DNA of 63,667 bases from contig PFAC01000054.1 of the NCBI GenBank assembly GCA_002773835.1, positions 1 to 63,667 of the forward strand. Direction: 5' to 3'. Positions 10,297 to 19,945 of the stretch are shown here, in pieces. Every line of letters starts with the position of its first letter. Position 1 is the first letter of the stretch. Source of the stretch: Chlamydiae bacterium CG10_big_fil_rev_8_21_14_0_10_35_9 (lineage in GTDB: Bacteria > Chlamydiota > Chlamydiia > Chlamydiales > SM23-39). The notes beneath the pieces were generated by a model that saw only the letters and a list, made by a program, of their open reading frames with translations, ran no database searches and was not told where the DNA came from. Both the position numbers and the translations under genes were made by a program.

Positions 10297-13200
10297 TTAC
10301 AAAGAGATAAATTCATTCCAGGACTTTACTTCAAGGGATGTGGCATCCATTTCTTTTAAACAGTTTAAAAGCAAAGCAGACAGCTGCACATTTGTAATTA
10401 AAGGAATATGATGGTCGATAGCCAGCCTCCGGATGTTAAATCCATCTGTTTTGACTCTAAGACTAGTTTTTTTGGGAATGTTAATAATTAGATCTATTTC
10501 CTTTTGCTCTATTAAAGTAGCTGCATTGGGTTCGTGTTTTTGAGAGACTTTATAGACAAAAATAGATCCTACCCCATTTTTGGATAAAAAATCATGAGTA
10601 CCTTCCGTTGCATAAATTTCCCATCCTTTTTCCTCTAGTGCTCTTAAACTTTCTAAGAGCTTTACTTTATGATGTGAGCTAATACTAACCAAAATTCTTT
10701 TTCCTTTTAACCATTGATCAGTGGAAAGCCAAGACCTAAAAAATGCATCGCTCAATCTTTCTCCAATGCAAGCAACTTCACCAGTAGATGCCATTTCTAC
10801 ATGGGCTACTGGGTTGGAACCTTTTAAGCGGTTATAAGAAAACTGCGGAGCTTTTACGCCAACATAGTCTAATTCTAATGTTTCGTAGGCTTGGGGTTTG
10901 TATTTTTTAAGCAAAACTAAGGTAGTAATTTCAATAAAATTGTGCCCTGTTACTTTAGATACAAATGGAAAAGAACGGGACGCTCTAACATTGCATTCTA
11001 TAACTTTCAATTCATTTTCTTTTGCTATAAATTGAATATTAAAAGGACCGGTGATATGCAGTGCTGCTATAATTTTTCGGGTAATTTTTTTTGCTTTTCT
11101 GATTGTCTCTAAATAAAGTCTTTGTGGAGGCAGCACTATAGTTGCATCTCCTGAGTGTACTCCGGCATTTTCAATATGCTCAGATATTGCTTCAATGACT
11201 ACTTTTCCCTTATCTGCTACGCCATCTATTTCTAGCTCCTTTGCATTAGGTATAAATTTTGAGACGACAACAGGGTGTTCATTAGAAATAACTGTTGCAT
11301 GTCGGAGTAGCTTTTCTAGTTCCTCTTTGGAATAAATGACATTCATGGCAGCACCTGATAAAACATAAGAAGGTCTGATTAGAACAGGATAGTCATGTTT
11401 TGTAGCAAAGTTCATAGTAGCTTCATAAGAGGTAGCGCTTTCCCATAAAGGCTGATCGATATGTAAATCTTGCAAAAGTGAAGAGAACTTTTCTCGATCT
11501 TCAGCTCTATCTATATCTCTTCCCTTGGTTCCGAGAAGGTTATACCCTCTTTTTTCTAAGGGTAGTGCTAAGTTGTTGGCTATCTGCCCGCCAACGGATA
11601 CGATAATACCCATAGGATTTTCAAAATCAGCGATATCTCGCACTCTTTCTAAGGTTAATTCCTCGAAGTAAAGGCGATCAGATTCATCAAAATCTGTAGA
11701 GACTGTTTCCGGATTTGAATTGATAACAACAACTTGGGTGTTGTTATTTCGCAATGTTTTAGCTGTATTGACCGCACACCAGTCAAACTCGACTGAAGAG
11801 CCAATACAATAAGGTCCCGATCCTAGAACAATAGCTTTGGAGGAGTTATCAGAAATGACATCACTTTCACTTGCATGGTAAGTTAGGTATAAATAATTTG
11901 TCTTAGCTTCAAATTCTCCTGCCAAAGTATCTATTTGTTTAATATAAGGTACAATGCCGCATTTGATTCTAAACTCTCTTATTTCTTCTTCTGTATGAGG
12001 AAAGCTTTGAGATAATGTTTTATCAGAAAAACCAAACTGCTTTGCCTTTTTAATCAGTTGCTTAGAAAGTGGTTGCGAAAGAATTTCATGATAAACATCA
12101 GATAGAGATTTGATGTGATATAAAAACCAGGGAGTTATTTGAGTAAGTTCAAAAGCTTTTTCAAGTGATCCATTTTTTTGAAAAAACTGGAAAAGGGCAA
12201 AAATTCGTTTATCTGTTGGAGTAGCTAGCTCTTCTTCTAAATTAGAAAGATCTTGTGGGCAATCCTCTATTCCCATAGGGCCGATGTTTAGCATTCGTAT
12301 TGCTTTTTGAAGGGCTTCAGTAAAAGACCTTCCGATTCCCATGACTTCACCCACACTTTTCATTTCAGTTCCAATAACTCTATCTGCTTGCTTTAACTTA
12401 TGGGTGTCCCATCTTGGAATTTTCACAACGATGTAATCTAAGGATGGCTCAAAAAAGGCTTTAGTTTTTTTAGTAATGCTATTTTCAATTTCATCTAGAG
12501 AATAGCCAAGGGCTAGTTTAGCTGCGACAAAAGCAAGTGGATAACCTGTAGCTTTAGATGCTAAGGCACTTGATCTTGAAAGGCGAGGATTCATTTCAAT
12601 TACACGATAGTCACTCGATTTTGGGTCGAGGGCAAATTGCACATTGCATTCTCCAATGACCTTGAAATGACGTGCTATGTTGATTGAGATAGAGCGAAGC
12701 ATTTGGTATTCTTGATTGTTTAATGTCTGAGAAGGGGCAACAACAATGCTTTCTCCGGTATGAATACCCATAGGATCTAAATTTTCCATATTGCAAATAG
12801 TTAGAGCTTGATCCTTGCCATCTCTAATTACTTCATACTCAATTTCTTTCCATCCGGTTAAATACTCTTCAATTAGGATTTGATCTACTGTGTTGAAAAC
12901 TTCTTTAGCTTTTTTTTCTAGAAGTTCTCTTGAAGTAACCCGGCCAGATCCAAGGCCTCCTAGAGAAAAACCGGAACGCATCATAATGGGGAAGCCAATT
13001 TTATCTGCGGCATTTAGCGCTTCTTGCACATTAGAAGCTGCAAAGCTTTTAGGGGTTTTAATGCCAATGGACTTTAGATTTTCTTTAAAAAGGTCTCTGT
13101 CTTCGCTATTTTTGATAGAGTCAACAGATGTGCCTAAAACATCAATGCCGAATTTATCTAAGGTTCCATTGTCAAATAGCTTAACTCCTAAGTTGAGAGC

Positions 13201-13470
13201 TGTTTGCCCACCAAAACTTAAAAAAAGGGCATCCGGTTGCTCTTTTTCTAGGATTTTGGTGACAGAAGAAACATTTAGAGGCTGGAAATAGACTTCATCT
13301 GCAAGTGTTGCATCAGTTTGAACAGTGGCAATATTAGGATTAATAAGTATGGTTTTGATCCCTTCTTCTTTTAAAGCCTTAATGGCTTGTGATCCTGAGT
13401 AGTCAAATTCTCCCGCTTGCCCAATTTTTAACCCCCCAGATCCTAGAATAATTACTTTTTTATATTTCAC
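10297..13470 (-). CDS. carB: Carbamoyl-phosphate synthase large subunit
   Basis: 1057 aa with duplicated ATP-grasp halves ('IGQAGEFDYSGSQA', 'IEMNPRLSRSSALASKATGYPLA', 'VIECNVRASRSFPFVSK') and a C-terminal MGS-like domain. Confidence 0.97.
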   Translation of the reverse strand: MKYKKVIILGSGGLKIGQAGEFDYSGSQAIKALKEEGIKTILINPNIATVQTDATLADEVYFQPLNVSSVTKILEKEQPDALFLSFGGQTALNLGVKLFDNGTLDKFGIDVLGTSVDSIKNSEDRDLFKENLKSIGIKTPKSFAASNVQEALNAADKIGFPIMMRSGFSLGGLGSGRVTSRELLEKKAKEVFNTVDQILIEEYLTGWKEIEYEVIRDGKDQALTICNMENLDPMGIHTGESIVVAPSQTLNNQEYQMLRSISINIARHFKVIGECNVQFALDPKSSDYRVIEMNPRLSRSSALASKATGYPLAFVAAKLALGYSLDEIENSITKKTKAFFEPSLDYIVVKIPRWDTHKLKQADRVIGTEMKSVGEVMGIGRSFTEALQKAIRMLNIGPMGIEDCPQDLSNLEEELATPTDKRIFALFQFFQKNGSLEKAFELTQITPWFLYHIKSLSDVYHEILSQPLSKQLIKKAKQFGFSDKTLSQSFPHTEEEIREFRIKCGIVPYIKQIDTLAGEFEAKTNYLYLTYHASESDVISDNSSKAIVLGSGPYCIGSSVEFDWCAVNTAKTLRNNNTQVVVINSNPETVSTDFDESDRLYFEELTLERVRDIADFENPMGIIVSVGGQIANNLALPLEKRGYNLLGTKGRDIDRAEDREKFSSLLQDLHIDQPLWESATSYEATMNFATKHDYPVLIRPSYVLSGAAMNVIYSKEELEKLLRHATVISNEHPVVVSKFIPNAKELEIDGVADKGKVVIEAISEHIENAGVHSGDATIVLPPQRLYLETIRKAKKITRKIIAALHITGPFNIQFIAKENELKVIECNVRASRSFPFVSKVTGHNFIEITTLVLLKKYKPQAYETLELDYVGVKAPQFSYNRLKGSNPVAHVEMASTGEVACIGERLSDAFFRSWLSTDQWLKGKRILVSISSHHKVKLLESLRALEEKGWEIYATEGTHDFLSKNGVGSIFVYKVSQKHEPNAATLIEQKEIDLIINIPKKTSLRVKTDGFNIRRLAIDHHIPLITNVQLSALLLNCLKEMDATSLEVKSWNEFISL

Positions 13471-14525
13471 GCTAAATCCACCATTTTAAAGAACTTTTCA
13501 AACAGAAAAGCAGTATCTTGTGGCCCTGGATTGCTTTCCGGGTGAAACTGCACAGCAAAAAACGGATCCTGTTTATGTATAATGCCTTCTACAGATCCAT
13601 CGTTGATATTGCGAAAATACACTGACCAGTCATCAGGCAGTGTAGATTCATCTATTGCCCAGCCGTGATTTTGAGATGTTAAATAAGCTTTTTTATCTAT
13701 TAGATTTAAACACGGTTGATTTTGCCCTCGATGGCCAAAGGTAAGTTTGTAGGTTTGGGCTTGAATAGCAAGCGCCATTAATTGAGATCCCAGACAGATC
13801 CCAAAAGTAGGTTTTTTTAGTTGAAGCACTTTTCTAAGAATAGAAATTGTTTCCTTGCAATAGCTAGGATCTCCCGGACCATTAGAAACAAAAACACCAT
13901 CAAAATGTTCATGGGTAAAGTCGTAGTTATAAGGAACCCGCACTATTTCCCCGTTATATCTATTCAAATGGCGCATGATATTTTCTTTCATGCCACAGTC
14001 GATAGCTATAATTTTTTTCCCCTTGTTGCCAAAAGAAGTGATTTTCTGACAGCTTACTTTCTGCACAAGGTGAGTTTGGTTAGGGTCAAAAAAAGAAGAA
14101 CAAAGAGGTTCATTATGGCAGATAGCAGCAAGTGTAACCCCCTGGCTACGCAGTCGCTTGGTAATAGCCCTAGTATCAACATGAGAAATTAAAGGAACGT
14201 TTTGAGACTTTAACCAGTCTAATAGTGACATCGAGCTTTCAAAATGGGAAGGGTAAAGACAAGGCTCACTAATAACTACACCAGCAGCATGGATTTTAGA
14301 AGACTCCCAATAGTTAGATTGGGGTACCCCATAATTTCCGATTAAAGGATAGGTAAAAACAATAATTTGATCGCAAAAGGAAGGGTCTGTCAAAGTTTCA
14401 ACATAGCCTGACATGCCTGTTGTAAAGACTATTTCCCCAAAGAATTCTTTGTTTTGCCAGGAAGGGCTTAAACCATCAAAAGTTTCACCTGTATTTAGGA
14501 TTAGCTTTGATGGGATCATTTGCAT
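13467..14525 (-). CDS. carA: Carbamoyl-phosphate synthase small (glutaminase) subunit
   Basis: 'GICLGSQL' nucleophile elbow and 'FAVQFHPES'. 4-nt overlap with carB. Confidence 0.95.
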   Translation of the reverse strand: MQMIPSKLILNTGETFDGLSPSWQNKEFFGEIVFTTGMSGYVETLTDPSFCDQIIVFTYPLIGNYGVPQSNYWESSKIHAAGVVISEPCLYPSHFESSMSLLDWLKSQNVPLISHVDTRAITKRLRSQGVTLAAICHNEPLCSSFFDPNQTHLVQKVSCQKITSFGNKGKKIIAIDCGMKENIMRHLNRYNGEIVRVPYNYDFTHEHFDGVFVSNGPGDPSYCKETISILRKVLQLKKPTFGICLGSQLMALAIQAQTYKLTFGHRGQNQPCLNLIDKKAYLTSQNHGWAIDESTLPDDWSVYFRNINDGSVEGIIHKQDPFFAVQFHPESNPGPQDTAFLFEKFFKMVDLA

Positions 14526-14579
14526 AATCTAAACCTTTTCTAAATTCCCTGCGAGGGTACTGAAACTAAGTTGATTTTA

Positions 14580-15581
14580 TCAATTTTTTTCTTTTAAAGG
14601 CTTTCGGATTAACATTGGGTTGGTAAGTAAATCGTCACTTTTTAAAAGCTCATAGATAGAAGATATCCAGTTTGGGTCTAGATTTAAAGCAGGACAGCGA
14701 TATACTTGATATCCTTTATTTCTCAAAATAGGAACATATTCATACTCAATTTCATAAAGGGTCTCTATGTGGTCACTTGTAAAGCTTAAAGGGACAATAA
14801 TGATGTTTTTTCTTCCTTGAGAAAGATCATCGATGGAGTGGCATACCTTTTCTGTATAAGGTTTTATCCATTCTCCCTTCCCAAACTTCGATTGAAAAGA
14901 AAGCTTTCCTAAAACATAAGGGAATTTTTGCATAATTCTTTGAAAAGATATTTGACACTCACTTTCGTAAATATCTCCCGATGTAATAAATTCCTCAGGA
15001 ACTCCATGAGCTGAAAATAGCAACATTGTTTCATCTTGTTTTAGATCTTTTTCCAAAAAAAGACCTTCAATTTTTTTTTGGTAGGAATTGATGAAATGCG
15101 AGCTACCGGGATAAGATTTTATCCATCGCATTTTTCTTAAAGTCTGCTCTTCAAAATGCTTGGAAAAAAATCTGGCAATGCTTCCTGTAGTAGCGTAACT
15201 AAATTGTGGGAACATGGGAAATATTTTGATTTCATCGACTTTAAGCTGGTTTACCTCATCAATAAAGTTTTGATGGGTAGTAGGAAGATATCTATGGAAT
15301 GTGAGTACTTTCTTATCCAGTTTTTCACTTAATGCATAAGCCAGGTTTTCAGTATCTTGAAAAATAGGGGATTTTCCTCCTATTTTTTTGTAGTCCTTTT
15401 GAATCTTTTTGGCCCTTCTTTTAGCAATTTTTTTAAATAACCATTCTTGCATAAATTTAGGCCATTTGGTCCTTATGACATCTGGATCTGTTAACAAGGT
15501 TTCTAAAAATGGCCTGATTTCAGTTAGGTTCCTGGGGCCTCCAAAATTAGCAATGATATAAGCAGTTTCTTTTGGGAACAT
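14580..15581 (-). CDS. hemH: Ferrochelatase
   Basis: 'IIANFGGP' N-terminus and 'LLFSAHGVPE...SFTSDHIETLYEIE'. The track ORF starts at 15641, but ATG 15581 is preceded by AAGGAG plus a 6-nt spacer. Confidence 0.85.
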   Translation of the reverse strand: MFPKETAYIIANFGGPRNLTEIRPFLETLLTDPDVIRTKWPKFMQEWLFKKIAKRRAKKIQKDYKKIGGKSPIFQDTENLAYALSEKLDKKVLTFHRYLPTTHQNFIDEVNQLKVDEIKIFPMFPQFSYATTGSIARFFSKHFEEQTLRKMRWIKSYPGSSHFINSYQKKIEGLFLEKDLKQDETMLLFSAHGVPEEFITSGDIYESECQISFQRIMQKFPYVLGKLSFQSKFGKGEWIKPYTEKVCHSIDDLSQGRKNIIIVPLSFTSDHIETLYEIEYEYVPILRNKGYQVYRCPALNLDPNWISSIYELLKSDDLLTNPMLIRKPLKEKN

Positions 15582-15676
15582 ATTGACTCCTTTTTCAAAG
15601 TATACTAGTAATTTGTGGCCAAATTTTTTTATAATCATCAAAATAATCTATAAATACATAAAATTGGTCTATTAAA

Positions 15677-16426
15677 ATGTCAGCTATTAGAAGAATACCT
15701 ATTTTTTTGAGCCTTTTGTTCTTGTTGTGTTGCCAGAGTTCTCAAGATAAAAGTCATACCAGAATTGGCATGGATCCTGGCTTGCCTTCCATGGAGTTTT
15801 CTCCAATGCTTCCTTATGTCACTGGATTTTTAAAAGACTTTTTCTTAAAAGTCTCTGCTACATATCACATCTCTTTTGAGCAAATATATGACAGTAGACA
15901 AGATTTGCTTACAAATTTGGATCAGGAAAAATATGAGGGCATTTTAAGCTCAACATATCCACTTAATTTTTATTTGGACAAATATGCGTTTTCTGATGTG
16001 ATTATTCCATTTGGGCCAGTCCTGGTTGCAAAATCAGAAGGCAGCATTGACAGTGTTCATGACTTAAAAAACAAGATAGTAGCTGTACAAAAATCAGACA
16101 TGGCGAAGTTGGACTTAAGCTCCTACCAATGCGCCAACATTAAAATCTATACTTCTATTTTGCAGTCTTTAAATGATGTGCTGAACAATAAAGTAGATGC
16201 AGCTTTTGTAAAATATATTCCTGCTATATCGTTTGTAGAAGATACTTTTTATCAAAAATTAAAGATTGCAAGTGCGCCTTTAAATGATAGGGGGCTCAGG
16301 TTTATTACCTTAAAAGAAAATAGCAATCTCATTGACAAGTTTAATGCAACTTTTCAAAAAATGAAGAAAAAAAGCTCTTTAGAAAAACTTCTTATGAAAT
16401 GGGGTGTAAGAATAGATCATGAATAA
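15677..16426 (+). CDS. Lipoprotein, family-3 solute-binding-protein-like
   Basis: Signal peptide with lipobox 'LLFLLCCQSS'. Overall resemblance to periplasmic amino-acid-binding folds. Weak call. Confidence 0.45.
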   Translation: MSAIRRIPIFLSLLFLLCCQSSQDKSHTRIGMDPGLPSMEFSPMLPYVTGFLKDFFLKVSATYHISFEQIYDSRQDLLTNLDQEKYEGILSSTYPLNFYLDKYAFSDVIIPFGPVLVAKSEGSIDSVHDLKNKIVAVQKSDMAKLDLSSYQCANIKIYTSILQSLNDVLNNKVDAAFVKYIPAISFVEDTFYQKLKIASAPLNDRGLRFITLKENSNLIDKFNATFQKMKKKSSLEKLLMKWGVRIDHE

Positions 16427-17189
16427 ACTGTTTGTTTTCCTTTTTATTTTTTTTCAAGTCCATGCAGAAATCATTGAGATTAACCATATAGAAGATTTGC
16501 ATGACTATATAGATAAAACAACTTTAGTTATTTTTGACATTGATAATACATTGATTGAGCCTGCGCAAACTCTAGGCTCAGACCAATGGTTCTATTATCG
16601 GAGAAAACAGTATCAAAAGGAAGGATATACTTCTTCCGATGCATTAGAAAAAGCCCTTTCTGAATGGATGGCAGTGCAATGTATTACTGATATGAAACTG
16701 GTAGAACAAGAGGCAAAGCCTTTGATTGATTCTCTTCAAGAAAAGAAAATTTGCATTATGGGTTTGACAACAAGGGGAATGGGTTTAGCGACAAGGACCA
16801 TTCATCAGTTAAAAGATTTTCAAATTCACTTAGACAAGACAGCTCCTTCAAAAGAGGAAGTCTTTTTTGAAAACACTAATGCATGTCTTTTCAGAAATGG
16901 GATTTTATTTACTGCCGGCACAGATAAAGGACTTGCTCTGCAAAAGCTTTTGGAAAAAATAGGATGCCAACCAAAGAAAATTGTTTTTGTGAACGATAAA
17001 AAAAGCCATCTTCTTCCTGTTGAAATTTTTTGTGAGAAGCAAAAAATTCCTTTTATTGGCTTAAGATATGGATATTTAGATGAAAAAGTGTACCAATTTA
17101 ATGGAGAAGTTGCAGAGGTTCAATTTGAGGCTTTTAAGAAAATTTTATCGGATGAAAAAGCATTAGAGTCTTTAGATAACAGATTTTGA
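16419..17189 (+). CDS. Secreted HAD-superfamily phosphatase-like protein
   Basis: Signal peptide 'MNKLFVFLFIFFQVHA', HAD motif I 'VIFDIDNTLIEP' and a late 'VFVNDKK' (motif IV-like). 8-nt overlap with the upstream gene. Confidence 0.5.
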   Translation: MNKLFVFLFIFFQVHAEIIEINHIEDLHDYIDKTTLVIFDIDNTLIEPAQTLGSDQWFYYRRKQYQKEGYTSSDALEKALSEWMAVQCITDMKLVEQEAKPLIDSLQEKKICIMGLTTRGMGLATRTIHQLKDFQIHLDKTAPSKEEVFFENTNACLFRNGILFTAGTDKGLALQKLLEKIGCQPKKIVFVNDKKSHLLPVEIFCEKQKIPFIGLRYGYLDEKVYQFNGEVAEVQFEAFKKILSDEKALESLDNRF

Positions 17190-19730
17190 TCCGGCTTCTA
17201 AAAACCTTTTTTTAAATTTTTCTAATGTTTCTCGATCAATAGGGCAAGGTTTTATATCCCAGATTTTTTCAGCATAGTTGTAAATACTTTCGTCGGAAGA
17301 AAACCTGCCCATTCCTGCAATATTATGAAGTGCAAATTCAGCCCATTTATTTTCCTGTAAATAGAGCTCTTCAACTTTTAAGTTAGTATCATAATAACTA
17401 ATTAAGTCCTTAAGTACAAAATACTGATCAGCAGGTTGGTTGTAGTGACCTTCTAAAAGTGATTGGTGTAAATTCTGAAATGCTTCTTTTTCTGCATCAT
17501 TAATGGCAAAAGTGTTATCGATTAAAGTATCTACAGCCCTTTTGATTTTCTCATTTTGAATATAGTAATCTAAAGCCTTATAAGCATTGGCTTGTAGAAT
17601 TTTTTCGATCTCTTCTTTAGTGGCGCCAAATCTAAAAGGCCACCAATTGTCTCCAATAGCTTGCCTCATTTCAATATTAGCTCCATCTTCCGTTGCTAAG
17701 GTGAGGGCTCCATTTATGGAGAGCTTCATGTTACCCGTTCCAGAAGCTTCTTTGCCAGCTCTTGATATTTGCTGTGATAAATTTGCTCCGGGGATGATTA
17801 CTTCAGCCGAAGAGACATTATAGTTTTCAATGAAGATTACTTTTAACTTGTCTTGAATATCTGGGTCAGTATTTATTTTTCTTGCAATAGCATTAATATA
17901 CTGAATGATTTGTTTAGCTACCAAATATCCTGGGGCAGATTTACCGCCAATGATGACAGTCCTTTTAATTTTTCGTGATTCTGGATTATTTTTAAGGTCA
18001 AAATATAGCATAACAGTATGAAGAGCGTTCATAAGCTGTCTTTTATATTCATGGAATCTTTTAATTTGGACATCAATAAGTGAATCAACATCACATTTGC
18101 ATACGGTGTCAATTATTTTGCCTTTGTAGTCGCGAATAGGATTTTCTTTTGATAAGTAATTTAATAGAATCTCTTTTCTTTTTCTTTTTACCTCTAAGAA
18201 TTTTTTTTGAAGTTCCGGATCAGTCGCATGCTGTTTTAAGTTTTCGATTTTTCTAAAATCGGTAATCCATTCATCTCCAATTTTTTCTATAATTAGAGCT
18301 GAAAGTTCCGGATTCGCGTGTAATAGCCATCTTCTATGAGTGACTCCGTTAGTAACGTTTACAAATTTTTCAGGGTATAAATCATTAAAATCCTTAAAAA
18401 GGGTTTCTTTAAGAATCTGAGTATGCAGTTCAGCAACGCCATTGACTTTATGGCTTCCAAAAATAGCTAGGTTGGCCATGCGCACCTGGCCATCTCCAAA
18501 CAGTGACATTCTACATACTTTTTCTTCATCATTGGGAAACTTGGCACGTACTTGATCACAGAATCTCTGATTTAACTGCTGGATAATTTTATATTGCCTA
18601 GGAAGCAAATACTCCATGCGATGCTCATTCCATTCTTCTAAAGCCTCTTTTAAAATTGTATGGTTAGTATAACTGCAACAGGTCTTGGTGATCTCCAGAG
18701 CTTTATCAAAGCCAACGTTGTGCTTTAAGGTAAGTAGTCTAATGAGTTCTGCCACTACAAGAGCTGGGTGAGTATCATTGATTTGTATGCGTACTTTATC
18801 AGCTACAAGCTCTGCATCATCATAGAAATGAAAGTGCCTAGTTAAAATATCTTGCAGTGATGCAGAAACAAGTAAAAACTCCTGTTTGAGTCTAATCCTC
18901 TTTCCAGTTTCATGGTGATCATTGGGATATAAGACATCGGTAAGAGAGGTATTTTCTCCAGCCTGGTCCAATTTCCCTGCATTATATCTTTGCAGCTCGA
19001 AGTTTCTTGGTGATTCTTTTGTCGACCAAAGTCGAAGAGTTAACACAGAAAATATATCATTTTTAGGACATCCAATGATGGGGTCATCAAAGGACAAAGC
19101 TCTCACCTCTTCAAAGTTTTCTAAGTGAAAAACCTCATCTCCATGACTGTTTTTAACAGAGATTGGTGTTCCACCAAAATGGACGAGCGCAGCATGGCTG
19201 TCTCGTCGAAACTCCCACGGATTTTCATTGAGAAGCCATGTATCAGGTCTTTCCACTTGTATTCCATCCCAAATTTCCTGAGCGAAAATACCATATTGAT
19301 ATCTAAGTCCATATCCCATTGCAGGAAATTGCTGTGCTGCCAAAGACTCCATAAAACAGGATGCCAACCTGCCTAGGCCTCCGTTACCAAGCCCTGGGTC
19401 TGGTTCGCATGAAACTAAGTCGATATAGTTACGGTTGGTTTTTTGCAAAACATCCGAAACCAGTTCATTCACTCCAATATTTGTAATATTTGCGGGGAGC
19501 TCCTTTCCCGGTAAATATTCTAAAGAAAGATAGTATAGAACTCTTTCTTTTTGCTTTTCGATAGTATCGTAAGTAGAGACCCAATTAACAATGATCTCTT
19601 CTCTCAAAGCATAAGAAAAAGCTAAATAATATTCTTCATTAGTAGCATGCTCAATTCCTTTAGAGAAATTGATAATTAAAAAATGCTGAATTTTTCTAAT
19701 TAATGTATCTACTTTTTCTGGCGATACCAT
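17172..19730 (-). CDS. glgP: Glycogen/maltodextrin phosphorylase
   Basis: 'LGNGGLGRLA', 'HEYKRQ' and 'EASGTGNMKLSINGALT' (PLP Lys). The likely start is ATG 19730 (MVSPEK...); the track ORF extends to 19862. Confidence 0.95.
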   Translation of the reverse strand: MVSPEKVDTLIRKIQHFLIINFSKGIEHATNEEYYLAFSYALREEIIVNWVSTYDTIEKQKERVLYYLSLEYLPGKELPANITNIGVNELVSDVLQKTNRNYIDLVSCEPDPGLGNGGLGRLASCFMESLAAQQFPAMGYGLRYQYGIFAQEIWDGIQVERPDTWLLNENPWEFRRDSHAALVHFGGTPISVKNSHGDEVFHLENFEEVRALSFDDPIIGCPKNDIFSVLTLRLWSTKESPRNFELQRYNAGKLDQAGENTSLTDVLYPNDHHETGKRIRLKQEFLLVSASLQDILTRHFHFYDDAELVADKVRIQINDTHPALVVAELIRLLTLKHNVGFDKALEITKTCCSYTNHTILKEALEEWNEHRMEYLLPRQYKIIQQLNQRFCDQVRAKFPNDEEKVCRMSLFGDGQVRMANLAIFGSHKVNGVAELHTQILKETLFKDFNDLYPEKFVNVTNGVTHRRWLLHANPELSALIIEKIGDEWITDFRKIENLKQHATDPELQKKFLEVKRKRKEILLNYLSKENPIRDYKGKIIDTVCKCDVDSLIDVQIKRFHEYKRQLMNALHTVMLYFDLKNNPESRKIKRTVIIGGKSAPGYLVAKQIIQYINAIARKINTDPDIQDKLKVIFIENYNVSSAEVIIPGANLSQQISRAGKEASGTGNMKLSINGALTLATEDGANIEMRQAIGDNWWPFRFGATKEEIEKILQANAYKALDYYIQNEKIKRAVDTLIDNTFAINDAEKEAFQNLHQSLLEGHYNQPADQYFVLKDLISYYDTNLKVEELYLQENKWAEFALHNIAGMGRFSSDESIYNYAEKIWDIKPCPIDRETLEKFKKRFLEAGSKSVI

Positions 19731-19945
19731 ATTTGTTGTTCGAAAGTTAGATATTTTTTTGTATAAGAAATGCTTTGTTAAAAAAAAAGAAACTTTTTTT
19801 AAGTACAAGGTCGCAAAATTTTTTAGTAAATTAAAATTTGACAGTTTTATCAACTTGATCAAGTTTAAACTAATTAGTTTAATATTTGATTTTTATCAAA
19901 TTGTAATTTAAAATCTCCTCCATATTCTTTTAAAAAAGGTTTAAA

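Noticed and set aside
19731-19862. 44-codon N-terminal extension of glycogen phosphorylase in the track ORF. A similar 20-codon extension of hemH lies at 15582-15641.
   Set aside because: The extensions are Lys/Phe/Leu-rich translations of AT-rich promoter DNA. For hemH, the downstream ATG is preceded by an AAGGAG Shine-Dalgarno sequence and begins the conserved region. For glgP, the downstream ATG is the first Met after the low-complexity stretch; I did not identify an SD for it.
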